A stretch of 40,346 nucleotides of DNA, taken from the UHGV virus genome UHGV-0260710. One strand, given 5' to 3'. Positions 1 through 8,994 of this stretch are shown here, one piece after another (the stretch's first letter is position 1; each line of letters begins with the position of its first letter). The translations under genes were made by a program, and so were the position numbers. This DNA comes from a virus. The notes below the pieces were generated by a model. The model was given only the letters and a program-made list of their open reading frames with translations, was not told the DNA's origin and searched no databases.

Positions 1-422
1 CGCTCACCAGTTACCGGACTTGTAGTCCAATCGTCATGGAATTTAGCACCTAGCAACTTCAAGAATTTAATGTGAGACTTATTGCCTGACCACACGTAGT
101 TCCAGATGGTCCCGTATTGGTCTAACATTAAGTCCCTGTACTCAGAGATACGCTTTATGAACTCTCGCTTCTCTTTAGGTCTCAGCTTATAGACCAGACC
201 GGAAGTCAAGAACCATACGTTATCCCCTTGGTTTCCACCATAGGCAAACACTTCGCCTACACCGTTAGTTAAAACCACAGATGACGGAGATAGGTGCTTA
301 AGCAGTCTTTCAGAGAGACCAACGGTTGACCCGTAGTTTGCTTTGCACTCATTAACATCATCTGCTGAAAGATGCCACAGAAAGTATTGGACATCTGGTT
401 CCGTAGCCTTGCGAATATACAT
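1..422 (-). CDS. gp13: Internal virion protein A (gp13-like), 3' end runs off window start; ATG at 420-422 with AAGGAG RBS
   Basis: Hand translation from 422 gives MYIRKATEPDVQYFLWHLSADDVNECKANYG... with no stop for 140 codons; lies after gp12 and before gp14 (at the window end) as in T7. Confidence 0.6.
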   Translation of the reverse strand, partial: MYIRKATEPDVQYFLWHLSADDVNECKANYGSTVGLSERLLKHLSPSSVVLTNGVGEVFAYGGNQGDNVWFLTSGLVYKLRPKEKREFIKRISEYRDLMLDQYGTIWNYVWSGNKSHIKFLKLLGAKFHDDWTTSPVTGE

Positions 423-451
423 AAAGTCTCCTTATAACCTTAAGGGCCTAT

Positions 452-474
452 AGTCCCTATAGTGATAGTTAAGG
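452..474 (-). promoter_or_regulatory. Phage RNAP promoter (phi13-like), CCTTAACTATCACTATAGGGACT
   Basis: Family motif between gp12 stop and gp13 start; flanked by a perfect 10-bp inverted repeat GGGCCTATAG (444-453) / CTATAGGCCC (480-489). Confidence 0.7.
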
Positions 475-498
475 TAAATCTATAGGCCCTTCAATAAG

Positions 499-2856
499 TT
501 AGACGGAACGAGCTTTCTTAGCGTATGACGCCTCCCAGCCACAGCCAACGATGGACACTGGGGTAGGATAATCTGACTCTAAGGTTAGACTCGTGGTTAA
601 TGCGTTACCATTCATAGCGAAGCGATACTGACCATCCCCAATGTTGGTAGTCCCGATGGTTTGCTGACCAAGGGTGTACCCATTAAAGGTGTTCACGAAC
701 TCCCGCTCACCGTTTCTGACAATGAGTCTAAGAGCGCCAGTGTCCTTGTAGTTGACCCAAGCCCGACGAAGTTGTAGGCGTCCAGTGTCTTCAGACTGAG
801 TGCCACTCTCGTCTTCAATCTTAATAAGGAACCGTGAGAACTTGTAGGACATCAGATAAGACCGTCCGATGAACACTGTACGTCCCGACCAATCGCCATT
901 GAGCATAGCCACAGTTGAGATGTCGGTCAGTTCACCAAGGTCCACATAGGCACCTTGACTGTCAATCAGATAGTACCGACCGGGAGACGGAGCGTTTCCA
1001 CCATAAGCAGAACCAATGTCGACCGTAGTCTTATAGGTGTCAGCGTTATATGAGCCAATTGGGATTACCATAGACACCTTGGAGTCAACGTGGAGTCTAT
1101 ACGGCTCTAATGGAAAGTCAGTTGCCTCCTTGATGAACTTAAGGTGCTCAAGGTCCACGCCGCCTTGGTGCTGACGAACAATGAACATGGTAGAGCCAAT
1201 CGACGCAGACGCCAGAATCTTATCAGATTTAGGGAACTCCCAGTGCGACCAAGAGGCTTGAAGCTGTACGCCGTCCTTAAACAAGAACTTGTAGATGTAG
1301 ATTCGGTTGTATGCACCTGTAGAGTTGACGCAGATGTAGTTCTCAGTCCCTGTACCTTGAATGTCAAACACCCCGTTAGGGATATAGGACAGTACGTGGC
1401 CAGTGGTATCATCGGCATCCTTCACGTCAGACACATCTGCTACAGCGAAGTAGCGCTTAATGCTGGTGAATGACCCACGAGGAGCTGAGAAGAAGACTGA
1501 GCGTCCTACAGCGAACGGTCTGGCATTATCGCCTAAGGCAAACTCTGAGCCTACATCAAGCTGGATAGACTTCGAGGTAAGGACCCCTGAGCTTGTCATC
1601 ACGAACTGCACCTCATCTGACCAAAGTAGTAGCTGCTCACTAAACGGAACGGCATACTTAAGGATTGAGATTCTAGGGTGACTTACAGCTACGTCAATAG
1701 GATCATCATCACTCAGTGTAGCCACACTCTTAGGGAAGAACGCAAAGTAGCTGGCTGAACGGCTCATGATTACGTTCTCTCCTGACAAGAACCCAAGCCT
1801 GTTCCTGTAGAAGAACACATCGTTAATCGTAGCATCCACGAAGCTAGGCATAGGGTTTGTGTCATCATTACCAGCACCACGCTTAGACCAGTCCAGAGTC
1901 TTGAGCTCAAAGGAGCCGTCAGATTGTCTCACCAGAGCATGAGGCATTGTGGTGTTATCGAACCCAGTGACCACTCCCGGCTCTACCGTCTCCTTCCACG
2001 TCTTAGTGTTGGAGTCATACATCACGTAATATTCATCGGCGCTACTGTTGGTCTCACCTTGAATCTTAATGATGTACCCATTTGGAGCCGCAAGAGGCAA
2101 CTTAGAGATTGTTTGCACCGTGTCGAGTACTGGGCTGATTAACTGGTTAGCGTAGCCATCCTCCGTCTCCACTGAGTTAATGTCAGTCCCTGAAGGGGCA
2201 GTGATTAACAGGAAGCCAGACCCAAGGTCGAACGTGAAGGTAGGGTAAGCAGCAACAAGAAGGTCTCTCAGAGCTGCACCGATAGCCTGAGCATCAACCT
2301 TAGGAGGGTCATTCTCGGCATCATTACCTGCTGGCAACTTATGCGAAACCTTAACGCCTCCGTTGATTCCTACCTTAAGGGTGCGACCATACTGTCCACC
2401 GCGCAGGTTAATTAAAGCACGAGCTTTACGATTATAACCAGAGTGTGACTTCTCGCTCCCACCTTTAACAATAACCTTACGGTTCACGATGAACGTATAG
2501 TCTGCAACGGTAACGACACGGATGTCATCTCGCGGGTTGGAAGACTTAACGTAATCTACCGCACCGGACACTGAGTATTGATTACCACTCAAGTCAACTA
2601 CCTGAATGTTGGACCCGTTGAACACGATGTAATACTGCTCCTGCTCATCACGGTTAATCAGGTGGAACTTAGGGTTGATCCCAACGTCGATGTTAAGACG
2701 TCTCTTGAAGACTGTAGGTGGGCGCTTCTGGAGGCCATCACTCTCGGATGACCAGCAGTTAACCTGTGCCTCGCCTTGGTCTGAGAACCTCAGTATATCA
2801 GGCTGCTGGCTAATGCCACCTTTAAGGTTCTTGATTGATTGAGTAATTAGTGGCAT
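499..2856 (-). CDS. gp12: Tail tubular protein B (gp12)
   Basis: 785-aa ORF; size and position match T7 gp12 (794 aa); follows gp11. Confidence 0.9.
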   Translation of the reverse strand: MPLITQSIKNLKGGISQQPDILRFSDQGEAQVNCWSSESDGLQKRPPTVFKRRLNIDVGINPKFHLINRDEQEQYYIVFNGSNIQVVDLSGNQYSVSGAVDYVKSSNPRDDIRVVTVADYTFIVNRKVIVKGGSEKSHSGYNRKARALINLRGGQYGRTLKVGINGGVKVSHKLPAGNDAENDPPKVDAQAIGAALRDLLVAAYPTFTFDLGSGFLLITAPSGTDINSVETEDGYANQLISPVLDTVQTISKLPLAAPNGYIIKIQGETNSSADEYYVMYDSNTKTWKETVEPGVVTGFDNTTMPHALVRQSDGSFELKTLDWSKRGAGNDDTNPMPSFVDATINDVFFYRNRLGFLSGENVIMSRSASYFAFFPKSVATLSDDDPIDVAVSHPRISILKYAVPFSEQLLLWSDEVQFVMTSSGVLTSKSIQLDVGSEFALGDNARPFAVGRSVFFSAPRGSFTSIKRYFAVADVSDVKDADDTTGHVLSYIPNGVFDIQGTGTENYICVNSTGAYNRIYIYKFLFKDGVQLQASWSHWEFPKSDKILASASIGSTMFIVRQHQGGVDLEHLKFIKEATDFPLEPYRLHVDSKVSMVIPIGSYNADTYKTTVDIGSAYGGNAPSPGRYYLIDSQGAYVDLGELTDISTVAMLNGDWSGRTVFIGRSYLMSYKFSRFLIKIEDESGTQSEDTGRLQLRRAWVNYKDTGALRLIVRNGEREFVNTFNGYTLGQQTIGTTNIGDGQYRFAMNGNALTTSLTLESDYPTPVSIVGCGWEASYAKKARSV

Positions 2857-2865
2857 AGGCTCTCC

Positions 2866-3093
2866 TTAAATCATACTCATTAGGACGTATCCATCAGCGA
2901 TGTCACCAACGTCAGCAATGTGGACAACCTTACGCGCTACCTGTTGTCCAGTATACCCGTTGTCCCACTCATTCAGGATAAGCCAATCGCCAACCTTAAA
3001 GTCCCGGTCGTTAAGTCTCATCTCTGCTGTCTTTAGACCTAGCTGTACCGGACCAAAGTGCTGGCGGTGAATCTTCAGGTTGTGACTAGCCAT
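2866..3093 (-). CDS. Small ASCH/DUF3850-like protein inserted between tail tube genes
   Basis: 75-aa ORF; start overlaps gp11 stop (TAATG); pattern HxLKI...F..V..G.K..E.R.NDRDF.VGD.L.L.E.....YTG......V..I....D.....GYV.MS resembles DUF3850 as I remember it. Confidence 0.55.
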   Translation of the reverse strand: MASHNLKIHRQHFGPVQLGLKTAEMRLNDRDFKVGDWLILNEWDNGYTGQQVARKVVHIADVGDIADGYVLMSMI

Positions 3094-3659
3094 TAGTCCC
3101 TCCCGATGTCAGACATCATGTTGTAGCGACCAGTGTCCATCTCATACTCCATAACCTGCTGATAGAGTTCTGCTTCCTGCTCACGAAGGTATAGCTCTGA
3201 CTCTGGGCTACCGAAGAACTTAGCGTTGAACTCACGGCTAGCTTTAGTGACGATGTAGTCCCTGAAGACCACAGGCATCTCGGAGAATGGCTTCATCTCC
3301 ACAAGCTCTACCGTGATAGGGTCGGTGAAAGTGGTTGACTGAGTGGATAGGTCGTACAGGTATCCACCCATGTTGCTGTAGTAGCTGGTGGCCCCAGCAG
3401 TCATTACACGAAGGTATGATGGCAAGAATCGAATCCTATTGTCTTGGACATCAGGTGTCAGTACAGCAGCTTCGTTGATGTTAAAGTTCCAGCCTTTAGC
3501 TTGGACCTGACGATTGACACGATGTAGTATACGTTGAGCGTTAGAGACGTCAGCGTTCCCCTCGTCAAGCTGTAGGACTGCTGGTTCACCGATAGCAGCT
3601 AACATATCGTTGATGGCGTCTAAGTCATCGTTAGCATTCAGTGGAATGTATTGAGCCAT
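3093..3659 (-). CDS. gp11: Tail tubular protein A (gp11)
   Basis: 188 aa; alignable to T7 gp11 (e.g. INDMLAAIGEP.., RGW.FNI.E, FRDYIVTKASREFN); downstream of Tphi. Confidence 0.9.
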   Translation of the reverse strand: MAQYIPLNANDDLDAINDMLAAIGEPAVLQLDEGNADVSNAQRILHRVNRQVQAKGWNFNINEAAVLTPDVQDNRIRFLPSYLRVMTAGATSYYSNMGGYLYDLSTQSTTFTDPITVELVEMKPFSEMPVVFRDYIVTKASREFNAKFFGSPESELYLREQEAELYQQVMEYEMDTGRYNMMSDIGRD

Positions 3660-3679
3660 AAGTCTCCTCTCACTTTAAG

Positions 3680-3720
3680 CAAAAAACCCCTCAAGCACCC
3701 GAAGGCACCCAAGGGGTTTC
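3680..3720 (-). terminator. Tphi-like intrinsic terminator after capsid gene
   Basis: Minus strand AACCCCTTGGGTGCCTTCGGGTGCTTGAGGGGTTTTTTG: GC stem-loop plus T6 run, near-identical in layout to T7 Tphi. Confidence 0.75.
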
Positions 3721-3722
3721 AA

Positions 3723-4897
3723 TTAGTTGTTGGACTCAGCCAGTTTAGCGGCCCTGTTCGCAGCACGAGTACGCGCAGCTTTCTGTTGAGGAGTTAGGGT
3801 CTCCTCTTCAGGTGCAGCCGCTACTGTAGCGACGTTAGGTTGGCTAAAGGTGCTTACGCCGCTGGGCTGAAAACCAGTGCGCCAGCCGCTTCAGGACGCA
3901 GACCACCGTGACCCATAGCGTACTTACCGACAATCAGGTCACCCTGAGCATCGACGTCGCGGTCACGTTCCAGCGCCAAGTCACGCAGCTTAACGGTACC
4001 CACAGCAGAACGGTGAGAGAACAGACCAACAACGTTGTCCAGAGCAACTTTAACGTCACCAGTAGCAGTATCGGGGAAGGCGTGCTTCTGACCAGTCGCA
4101 ATAGTGATACCATCATCACCACGAGTTTCGCCAGCACCACCCTGAGTCAAGTGTGGAACTTCGACAACAACGAAGCCCATCACGTTACGGATGTTACCAG
4201 TCTCTGGGTCAATCAGCGCAGCATAGTTAGCAGCGTTAGGCATCAGAGCCGCGAGGATTGCAGAGTAGTTGTCCGGCGTGGTGTAGAAGTAACGGTCGCC
4301 AGCAGGAACGTAGTTGGAGGTCAGCTTCGCACGAGCAATGGTCAGTTGACCGATGATTGCTTCGCCCAGTTTAGCCGGGGTGTCGAGGTCAGCTTTCTTA
4401 CCAACTTCCAGTACGGACGCAGTACCCAGACCAGCGATGTTCTCATTGGATGCAGCTGGGAGGTTACACAGGATAGCCATTTCAGCAAGAACAGCACCAT
4501 CGGCAGCGATAGCCAGAGCTTCACCCAACTGGTTGGAATACTCGCCAGCCACGTCATAGTGGTTCATAGCGTCTTCAATGTCGAAAATCATCACATCGGC
4601 AGTCAGCAGACCATCAATGGTAATCACTTTCTCGGTATGTTTGATACCTTTACGTTTATCGGACAGTCGCTCGCCCGGAGCCAGATACACACCAGAGGTG
4701 CGACCCATGACCGGGAACTGAGCAGACTTACCGTTCTGAATGGTACGGACAATATGCTTGTCAGCAGTTACAGAGCGGCGAGTGAATGCGGTCAGGACTT
4801 CACCAGCAAATACCTTCAGGAACAACGCTAGAGCGTCGGAACTGGATTTGCCTTTACCTTGGTCTGTACCAATTTTCTGACCCGGAACGTTTGCCAT
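3723..4897 (-). CDS. gp10B: Predicted capsid 10B: -1 frameshift at GGTTTTC (plus 3869-3875) extends 10A by 48 codons to a TAA at 3723-3725
   Basis: Hand translation of the -1 frame after the slippery heptamer is open for 48 codons (QPSGVSTFSQPNVATVAAAPEEETLTPQQKAARTRAANRAAKLAESNN) and ends right at the Tphi stem. Confidence 0.55.
3854..4897 (-). CDS. gp10A: Major capsid protein 10A
   Basis: 347 aa (T7 10A is 345 aa); consensus phage promoter just upstream; terminator downstream. Confidence 0.95.
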   Translation of the reverse strand: MANVPGQKIGTDQGKGKSSSDALALFLKVFAGEVLTAFTRRSVTADKHIVRTIQNGKSAQFPVMGRTSGVYLAPGERLSDKRKGIKHTEKVITIDGLLTADVMIFDIEDAMNHYDVAGEYSNQLGEALAIAADGAVLAEMAILCNLPAASNENIAGLGTASVLEVGKKADLDTPAKLGEAIIGQLTIARAKLTSNYVPAGDRYFYTTPDNYSAILAALMPNAANYAALIDPETGNIRNVMGFVVVEVPHLTQGGAGETRGDDGITIATGQKHAFPDTATGDVKVALDNVVGLFSHRSAVGTVKLRDLALERDRDVDAQGDLIVGKYAMGHGGLRPEAAGALVFSPAA

Positions 4898-4999
4898 ATG
4901 ATAATTCTCCTATTCAATTGAAAGATAAAGTTTATTACTTACTGTATGCCCAATCCGTATGGACTGAAGTAATAGGGAAACCTTGAGTCTATCTCTTGG

Positions 5000-5022
5000 T
5001 CTCCCTATAGTGATAGTTTAGT
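5000..5022 (-). promoter_or_regulatory. Phage RNAP promoter (phi10-like), ACTAAACTATCACTATAGGGAGACC, +1 ~5005
   Basis: Best match to family consensus including GGGAGA initiation region; immediately upstream of capsid gene. Confidence 0.8.
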
Positions 5023-5023
5023 C

Positions 5024-5908
5024 CTACAGGCTTGAGGCAGCTACCTTAGCGCGAACTTCCATAGTGTACTTAGCGTCACGCAGGTAGCGCGGGTCACTCA
5101 TAGCCTTAATCATGTCAGCCTTGGAGCTGAATGCTTCGGTCTGAGGAGACTTAGGTGCTACCATAGGTTTAGCCTGAGTGGTGATGGTACGCTGAGGTTT
5201 AACTCCTACAGCTTTACCCAGAGTCTTGCCAGCCAGATTCAGCAGAGCTTTGGTAGTCGCAATGTCCTTACGAACGATAGCAGCTTCCAGTGCTTCACGA
5301 GTTGACGGGTCGGTTGACTCAAGGTGGGACAGGATGCGATTAAACTGTTCAGCTCCACCAGCGTAGCGAACCACACCAGCAGCATACTGTTCAGCCAGAG
5401 CTTCCTGACCACGGACAAACGAATCTACGAAACGCTTGGTGTAACCTGCTTCCTGCAACTTAGCGTAGGATGCGTCAGACAGCTTACCGTCCTTGGCGTA
5501 TTCAGCCTTGATAGCGGTAATTTCATCAGCAGTGACCTTGCCAGCTTCCACAGCAGAAGACACCATGTCGTCGAATGCAGCTTCGTTTTCATCCAGCGCG
5601 GTGACACTTTCGGTCAGCTCTTTCGGTGCATCACCCAGTTCGATGAACTCAGGCTGCTCACCATCGGTATCAGACTCTTCGTCATCGGACTCGTGGTCTT
5701 CTTCATCTTCAGTCTCTTCGACGTTCTCGTCTTCTTCGGTAGCCTCTTCGTTTTCGGCTTCCAGTTGCTTGAAGGTAATAGCGTCGTCGCCATCACGAAC
5801 AGCTACGTCCTGTTCAAGCATAGACTTCTGGTGTTCGTTCAGGTCCTCAACGGAACCAGTGATTGCATTAGAGCTAACGCCAAACTCGGCATAAACTGAT
5901 TGAGACAT
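5024..5908 (-). CDS. gp9: Scaffolding protein (gp9)
   Basis: 294 aa, acidic central region; alignable to T7 gp9 (YAEFGV.S, RDGDDAI, AGYTK.F.DS..RGQEAL.EQY, IKAMSDPRY). Confidence 0.9.
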   Translation of the reverse strand: MSQSVYAEFGVSSNAITGSVEDLNEHQKSMLEQDVAVRDGDDAITFKQLEAENEEATEEDENVEETEDEEDHESDDEESDTDGEQPEFIELGDAPKELTESVTALDENEAAFDDMVSSAVEAGKVTADEITAIKAEYAKDGKLSDASYAKLQEAGYTKRFVDSFVRGQEALAEQYAAGVVRYAGGAEQFNRILSHLESTDPSTREALEAAIVRKDIATTKALLNLAGKTLGKAVGVKPQRTITTQAKPMVAPKSPQTEAFSSKADMIKAMSDPRYLRDAKYTMEVRAKVAASSL

Positions 5909-6005
5909 TGAGTCGTTCTCCTTTAAGTCGTTAATAGGTAAACACCTACTTGCAGTGTGGGACTAACGGCTACCATATGGTTGGCTTAGTCGCTCTTACT
6001 TTCGG

Positions 6006-6028
6006 TGTTCCTATAGTGATAGTTTAGG
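6006..6028 (-). promoter_or_regulatory. Phage RNAP promoter (phi9-like), TAAACTATCACTATAGGAACACC
   Basis: Consensus motif overlapping the 3' end of the portal gene, as T7 phi9 does. Confidence 0.7.
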
Positions 6029-7592
6029 CTTGAGCCATGTCCTCACCAGCTCCTTGACCTACAGCAGCGCCCATGTTAGCACCAGCAGCAGACGCACCGT
6101 TGACCACAGCTCCTTGAGCGGATTGTTCAGCCATGCGCTGAATCTTCTCGTCCTGAGTCAGCAGTAGACCGGCAGTGTCAATGCCTAAGGCATTCAGTAG
6201 TCGCAGCTTCAGGGTCGGTAAGTTAATGTCTGGGTCCTGTTGCAGAGGTTGTAGCCCGGTCATCATGTTGACTGCCTGAGTAAGCTTCTCTAAGTCTTGG
6301 CCACGACCTAACGCTTCCAGACCAGTGGAGACCGTAGGCTCTACCGCCTCTTTAGGAAGGTCAGGAATCATGCCAGCAGACTGAAGCTGGTTCATCAGCA
6401 CACGGACGATAGGTAACTGAAGCTCTTGTGACTGTACTGAGTACACGCCACCTAAGGTAGCCTCCAGTTCGCCAGCAACATAACGAATCTCTTCAGCAGT
6501 GACACGCTCTGCATTACGCTGAACAGCACTATTAAGAAGGAAGGCCCAGCCTAAACGTTGCTCGATAGCGTCAGCCACCGACTTAGCAATCGTAAAGTCC
6601 TGACCTTTCGTAAGTTGCAGGAAGTTGATGTCCTCAACGCGACCAGCCACGAACTCACCTGTAGCCGCCTTGTTCAGACGTCGAGGTTGCGTGATGCCGT
6701 TCGGGTTAACGAGGCCCACCACCTTGGAGGCTACCTTAGCCATTTTGGTGATAGCTTCTGTAATCGTCTCCAGCGAGTTCAGGTCTCCCAGATACTCCTC
6801 GCAGTAAGAACGACCGTAGTCTTCACCATCCAGTCGAACCATTCGTACCGGGATGTATGGACATGCAGTCAGCGGGTAGGAACCATCGGTCCCTGTTACC
6901 TCAATGCCCTCCACTTCCTCGTAGCGTAGATACTCGTCGTCCTGACGGTAGATGTGCGTGTACACTTCCAGCTCGGTGTCAGGCTCATAGTCGTCTGCAT
7001 TGAGTTGAGACTTCACGTCTTCCGGTAGAGCACTAAACGCTACCTTGTCTAGAGTCACAATCTGTAAGATGTTACCGAACGCATCACGTTGAACAACGTA
7101 AGACACTAATCGGTACATCCGCATCGGACTATAGGTTCCTTGTTCTGGAGGAGGGATGTAGAGCAGACAGTTACCGGAGACGATAAGCTGCTTCAAAGCC
7201 TCGAACAATGGGACACGGAAACTGTTAGTCTCCATGTAGGCCATCAACACACGCTCGACCATAGCCAGCCCTTCGTCAACACGGGCAGCAGCCTCTGAGT
7301 CCTGACTCAAGGTCTTGGCCTCATATTCGGAGACTGTCAGTCGCATCCACGGTGACTGAGGGAATAACGCCAACATCAGCTTTGCAGCCAAGTTGTTCAA
7401 GCAGCGAGCACCTACAGCTTGCCACGGAGTGGTATACTCAGTAGACGAGTTGTCGGACTCCTTAGGAAACAGTGACGGGATAGTGACAGCAGCACAGTTC
7501 TGAGCGCGTGTCTCATATGGCTGTCTACCGTTCTTCAGTCGGTCATAGACCGCTTTGGCTCCTTCAGCAGCGAACCCTTCACGTTCAGCCAT
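6024..7592 (-). CDS. gp8: Portal (head-tail connector) protein gp8
   Basis: 522 aa; N-terminus aligns closely to T7 gp8 (GAK.VY.RLKN.R.PYETRAQNCA..TIPSLFPK.SDN.ST.Y.TPWQAVGAR.LNNLA.KLMLALFP). Confidence 0.95.
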   Translation of the reverse strand: MAEREGFAAEGAKAVYDRLKNGRQPYETRAQNCAAVTIPSLFPKESDNSSTEYTTPWQAVGARCLNNLAAKLMLALFPQSPWMRLTVSEYEAKTLSQDSEAAARVDEGLAMVERVLMAYMETNSFRVPLFEALKQLIVSGNCLLYIPPPEQGTYSPMRMYRLVSYVVQRDAFGNILQIVTLDKVAFSALPEDVKSQLNADDYEPDTELEVYTHIYRQDDEYLRYEEVEGIEVTGTDGSYPLTACPYIPVRMVRLDGEDYGRSYCEEYLGDLNSLETITEAITKMAKVASKVVGLVNPNGITQPRRLNKAATGEFVAGRVEDINFLQLTKGQDFTIAKSVADAIEQRLGWAFLLNSAVQRNAERVTAEEIRYVAGELEATLGGVYSVQSQELQLPIVRVLMNQLQSAGMIPDLPKEAVEPTVSTGLEALGRGQDLEKLTQAVNMMTGLQPLQQDPDINLPTLKLRLLNALGIDTAGLLLTQDEKIQRMAEQSAQGAVVNGASAAGANMGAAVGQGAGEDMAQA

Positions 7593-7603
7593 TCGTCACC
7601 TCC

Positions 7604-7852
7604 TTAAATAGAAATACCGCCACCAGAGGTGCGAGAGACCTGAAGGCTACGCTTACCGGAACGCTTCACTTTCTTCTCGTCAGATGCGGTTGCTTCAGTA
7701 TCCACATCCTCCACTTGGTCGTTCGGTACTTCCACTGGTGCTGCTGGGGTCTGAGCCTCAACAACCTTAGGCGCATCGTCAGAGCCAAGACCAACGGTCC
7801 CTAACGTACTTTTCACCACTTTCTTGAAAGCCTTACTGATTGATTTACCCAC
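7604..7852 (-). CDS. gp7.3: gp7.3-like small virion protein
   Basis: 82 aa, basic N-terminus, ends SGGGISI; position between gp7 and portal. Confidence 0.65.
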   Translation of the reverse strand: MGKSISKAFKKVVKSTLGTVGLGSDDAPKVVEAQTPAAPVEVPNDQVEDVDTEATASDEKKVKRSGKRSLQVSRTSGGGISI

Positions 7853-8249
7853 GGTTAATCTCCTTAGTTGTTACGATGTCTACCGACCCAGAAACATGCT
7901 TGACACGAGAATACCAGCCAAGACCCCAACGCTTGCACTCTTCGTTTATGATGTGCCTGACAGTCTCAAGAACCTTGCGGGAGGACTGCGAGTCACGACG
8001 AATAGCGACGATTGAAAGGTCAAGACCGGGAGTCGGTCGGTGCCAAGATGCGGTAGCCAGCATGTAGAGATACGCTACTGGTTGACCTGAGACATCGTAG
8101 ATTGTGTACTCTTCACCGTCGAACTCGTCAGCCATACGGTAAGTATGAGCCTTGAAGTCCTCGAATGACTTGAAGTTAGACTGCCCGTCTTCCCAGAGGC
8201 GACAAGCGCACATGTGGCGACCTTCGCGTGAGTTGAGATATGGTAGCAT
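7845..8249 (-). CDS. gp7-like protein
   Basis: 134 aa; size and position match T7 gene 7 (133 aa); sequence not independently recognised. Confidence 0.55.
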   Translation of the reverse strand: MLPYLNSREGRHMCACRLWEDGQSNFKSFEDFKAHTYRMADEFDGEEYTIYDVSGQPVAYLYMLATASWHRPTPGLDLSIVAIRRDSQSSRKVLETVRHIINEECKRWGLGWYSRVKHVSGSVDIVTTKEINRG

Positions 8250-8253
8250 TGTC

Positions 8254-8478
8254 CTACCCCATGTTTACGCCAGAGGCCCGCATAGCGCGACTCACTGACG
8301 ATTTATCTTTTGGTGCAGACTCCTTCTTAACCTTAAGGTCTTTGATACCTTTGGTCTCGTTTGTGTCTACATCCGATTCAGCCCCGATGTCAACTGACGC
8401 AACTTCCTCACTCAGGGGTGCTGGTTCAGGTGCTTGGACCGAAGGCTTCGGAGTGCTAATCTTTGGACTGAAACACAT
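8254..8478 (-). CDS. gp6.7: gp6.7-like small virion protein
   Basis: 74 aa starting MCFSPKI.TPK, the characteristic gp6.7 N-terminus. Confidence 0.75.
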   Translation of the reverse strand: MCFSPKISTPKPSVQAPEPAPLSEEVASVDIGAESDVDTNETKGIKDLKVKKESAPKDKSSVSRAMRASGVNMG

Positions 8479-8492
8479 AGTCCCTCCTACAG

Positions 8493-8765
8493 TTAATCAA
8501 ACTGAACGGTATCTTTCAGCTCACGACGCATAGCGATTGCAGAGTCGAGAGTGTCAGAACAATACTGGAGACCCTTGATGAACCCGGCAATGAACGCATC
8601 GCTGTAGCCTTGCTGCTTGAGGAGGCTGATAGCTCCCATCTTCTCAGCGTAGCTTGCGTTGAACAATACGTGCAGGAACTGGATGGCAGACTGGGAGATG
8701 TTAGGGACATCAAGTCTTTCTTCCTGTAACTGCTTAACAACGTTTTCAATAGCATTAAGCGCCAT
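8493..8765 (-). CDS. gp6.5-like protein
   Basis: 90 aa; first ORF after a consensus phage promoter, position of T7 gene 6.5. Confidence 0.5.
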   Translation of the reverse strand: MALNAIENVVKQLQEERLDVPNISQSAIQFLHVLFNASYAEKMGAISLLKQQGYSDAFIAGFIKGLQYCSDTLDSAIAMRRELKDTVQFD

Positions 8766-8826
8766 CTTGAATCTCCTCTTTAAGTTAAGACTAAAGTCTA
8801 TCTTATAGTCATATCTTAGGTCCTAA

Positions 8827-8849
8827 AGTCCCTATAGTGATAGTTTAGT
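8827..8849 (-). promoter_or_regulatory. Phage RNAP promoter (phi6.5-like), AAACTATCACTATAGGGACTTT
   Basis: Consensus motif in intergenic region. Confidence 0.7.
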
Positions 8850-8901
8850 GTTTCACCTATGGATGACTGTTGGATTGATAGGATATGACTATCGGTTAGA
8901 C

Positions 8902-8994
8902 TCAGTGTTTAGGACGGTTGTTCGACCCGAACCACTTATACATGCAGTAAAGGGCCAGAAGTCCGGCCCAGTAAATTACATGGATGGTGTCCAT
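8902..8994 (-). CDS. Small hydrophobic peptide (30 aa, MDTIHVIYWAGLLALYCMYKWFGSNNRPKH), gene 6.3-position
   Basis: Strong RBS (AAGGAGGT) 5 nt upstream of ATG; overlaps exonuclease 3' end; single predicted TM segment; too short for the ORF table. Confidence 0.35.
   Translation of the reverse strand: MDTIHVIYWAGLLALYCMYKWFGSNNRPKH

Noticed and set aside
3908-4831. 307-aa plus-strand ORF
   Set aside because: Lies entirely antisense to the capsid gene, which has a consensus promoter, terminator and clear T7 homology. Long antisense open frames are common opposite highly expressed, codon-biased genes; every other credible gene in the window is on the minus strand.
5324-5899. Plus-strand ORFs of 191 and 133 aa (one Ser-rich) opposite the scaffold gene
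   Set aside because: Antisense shadow of the acidic, repetitive scaffold coding sequence; no RBS context and wrong strand for this genome organisation.
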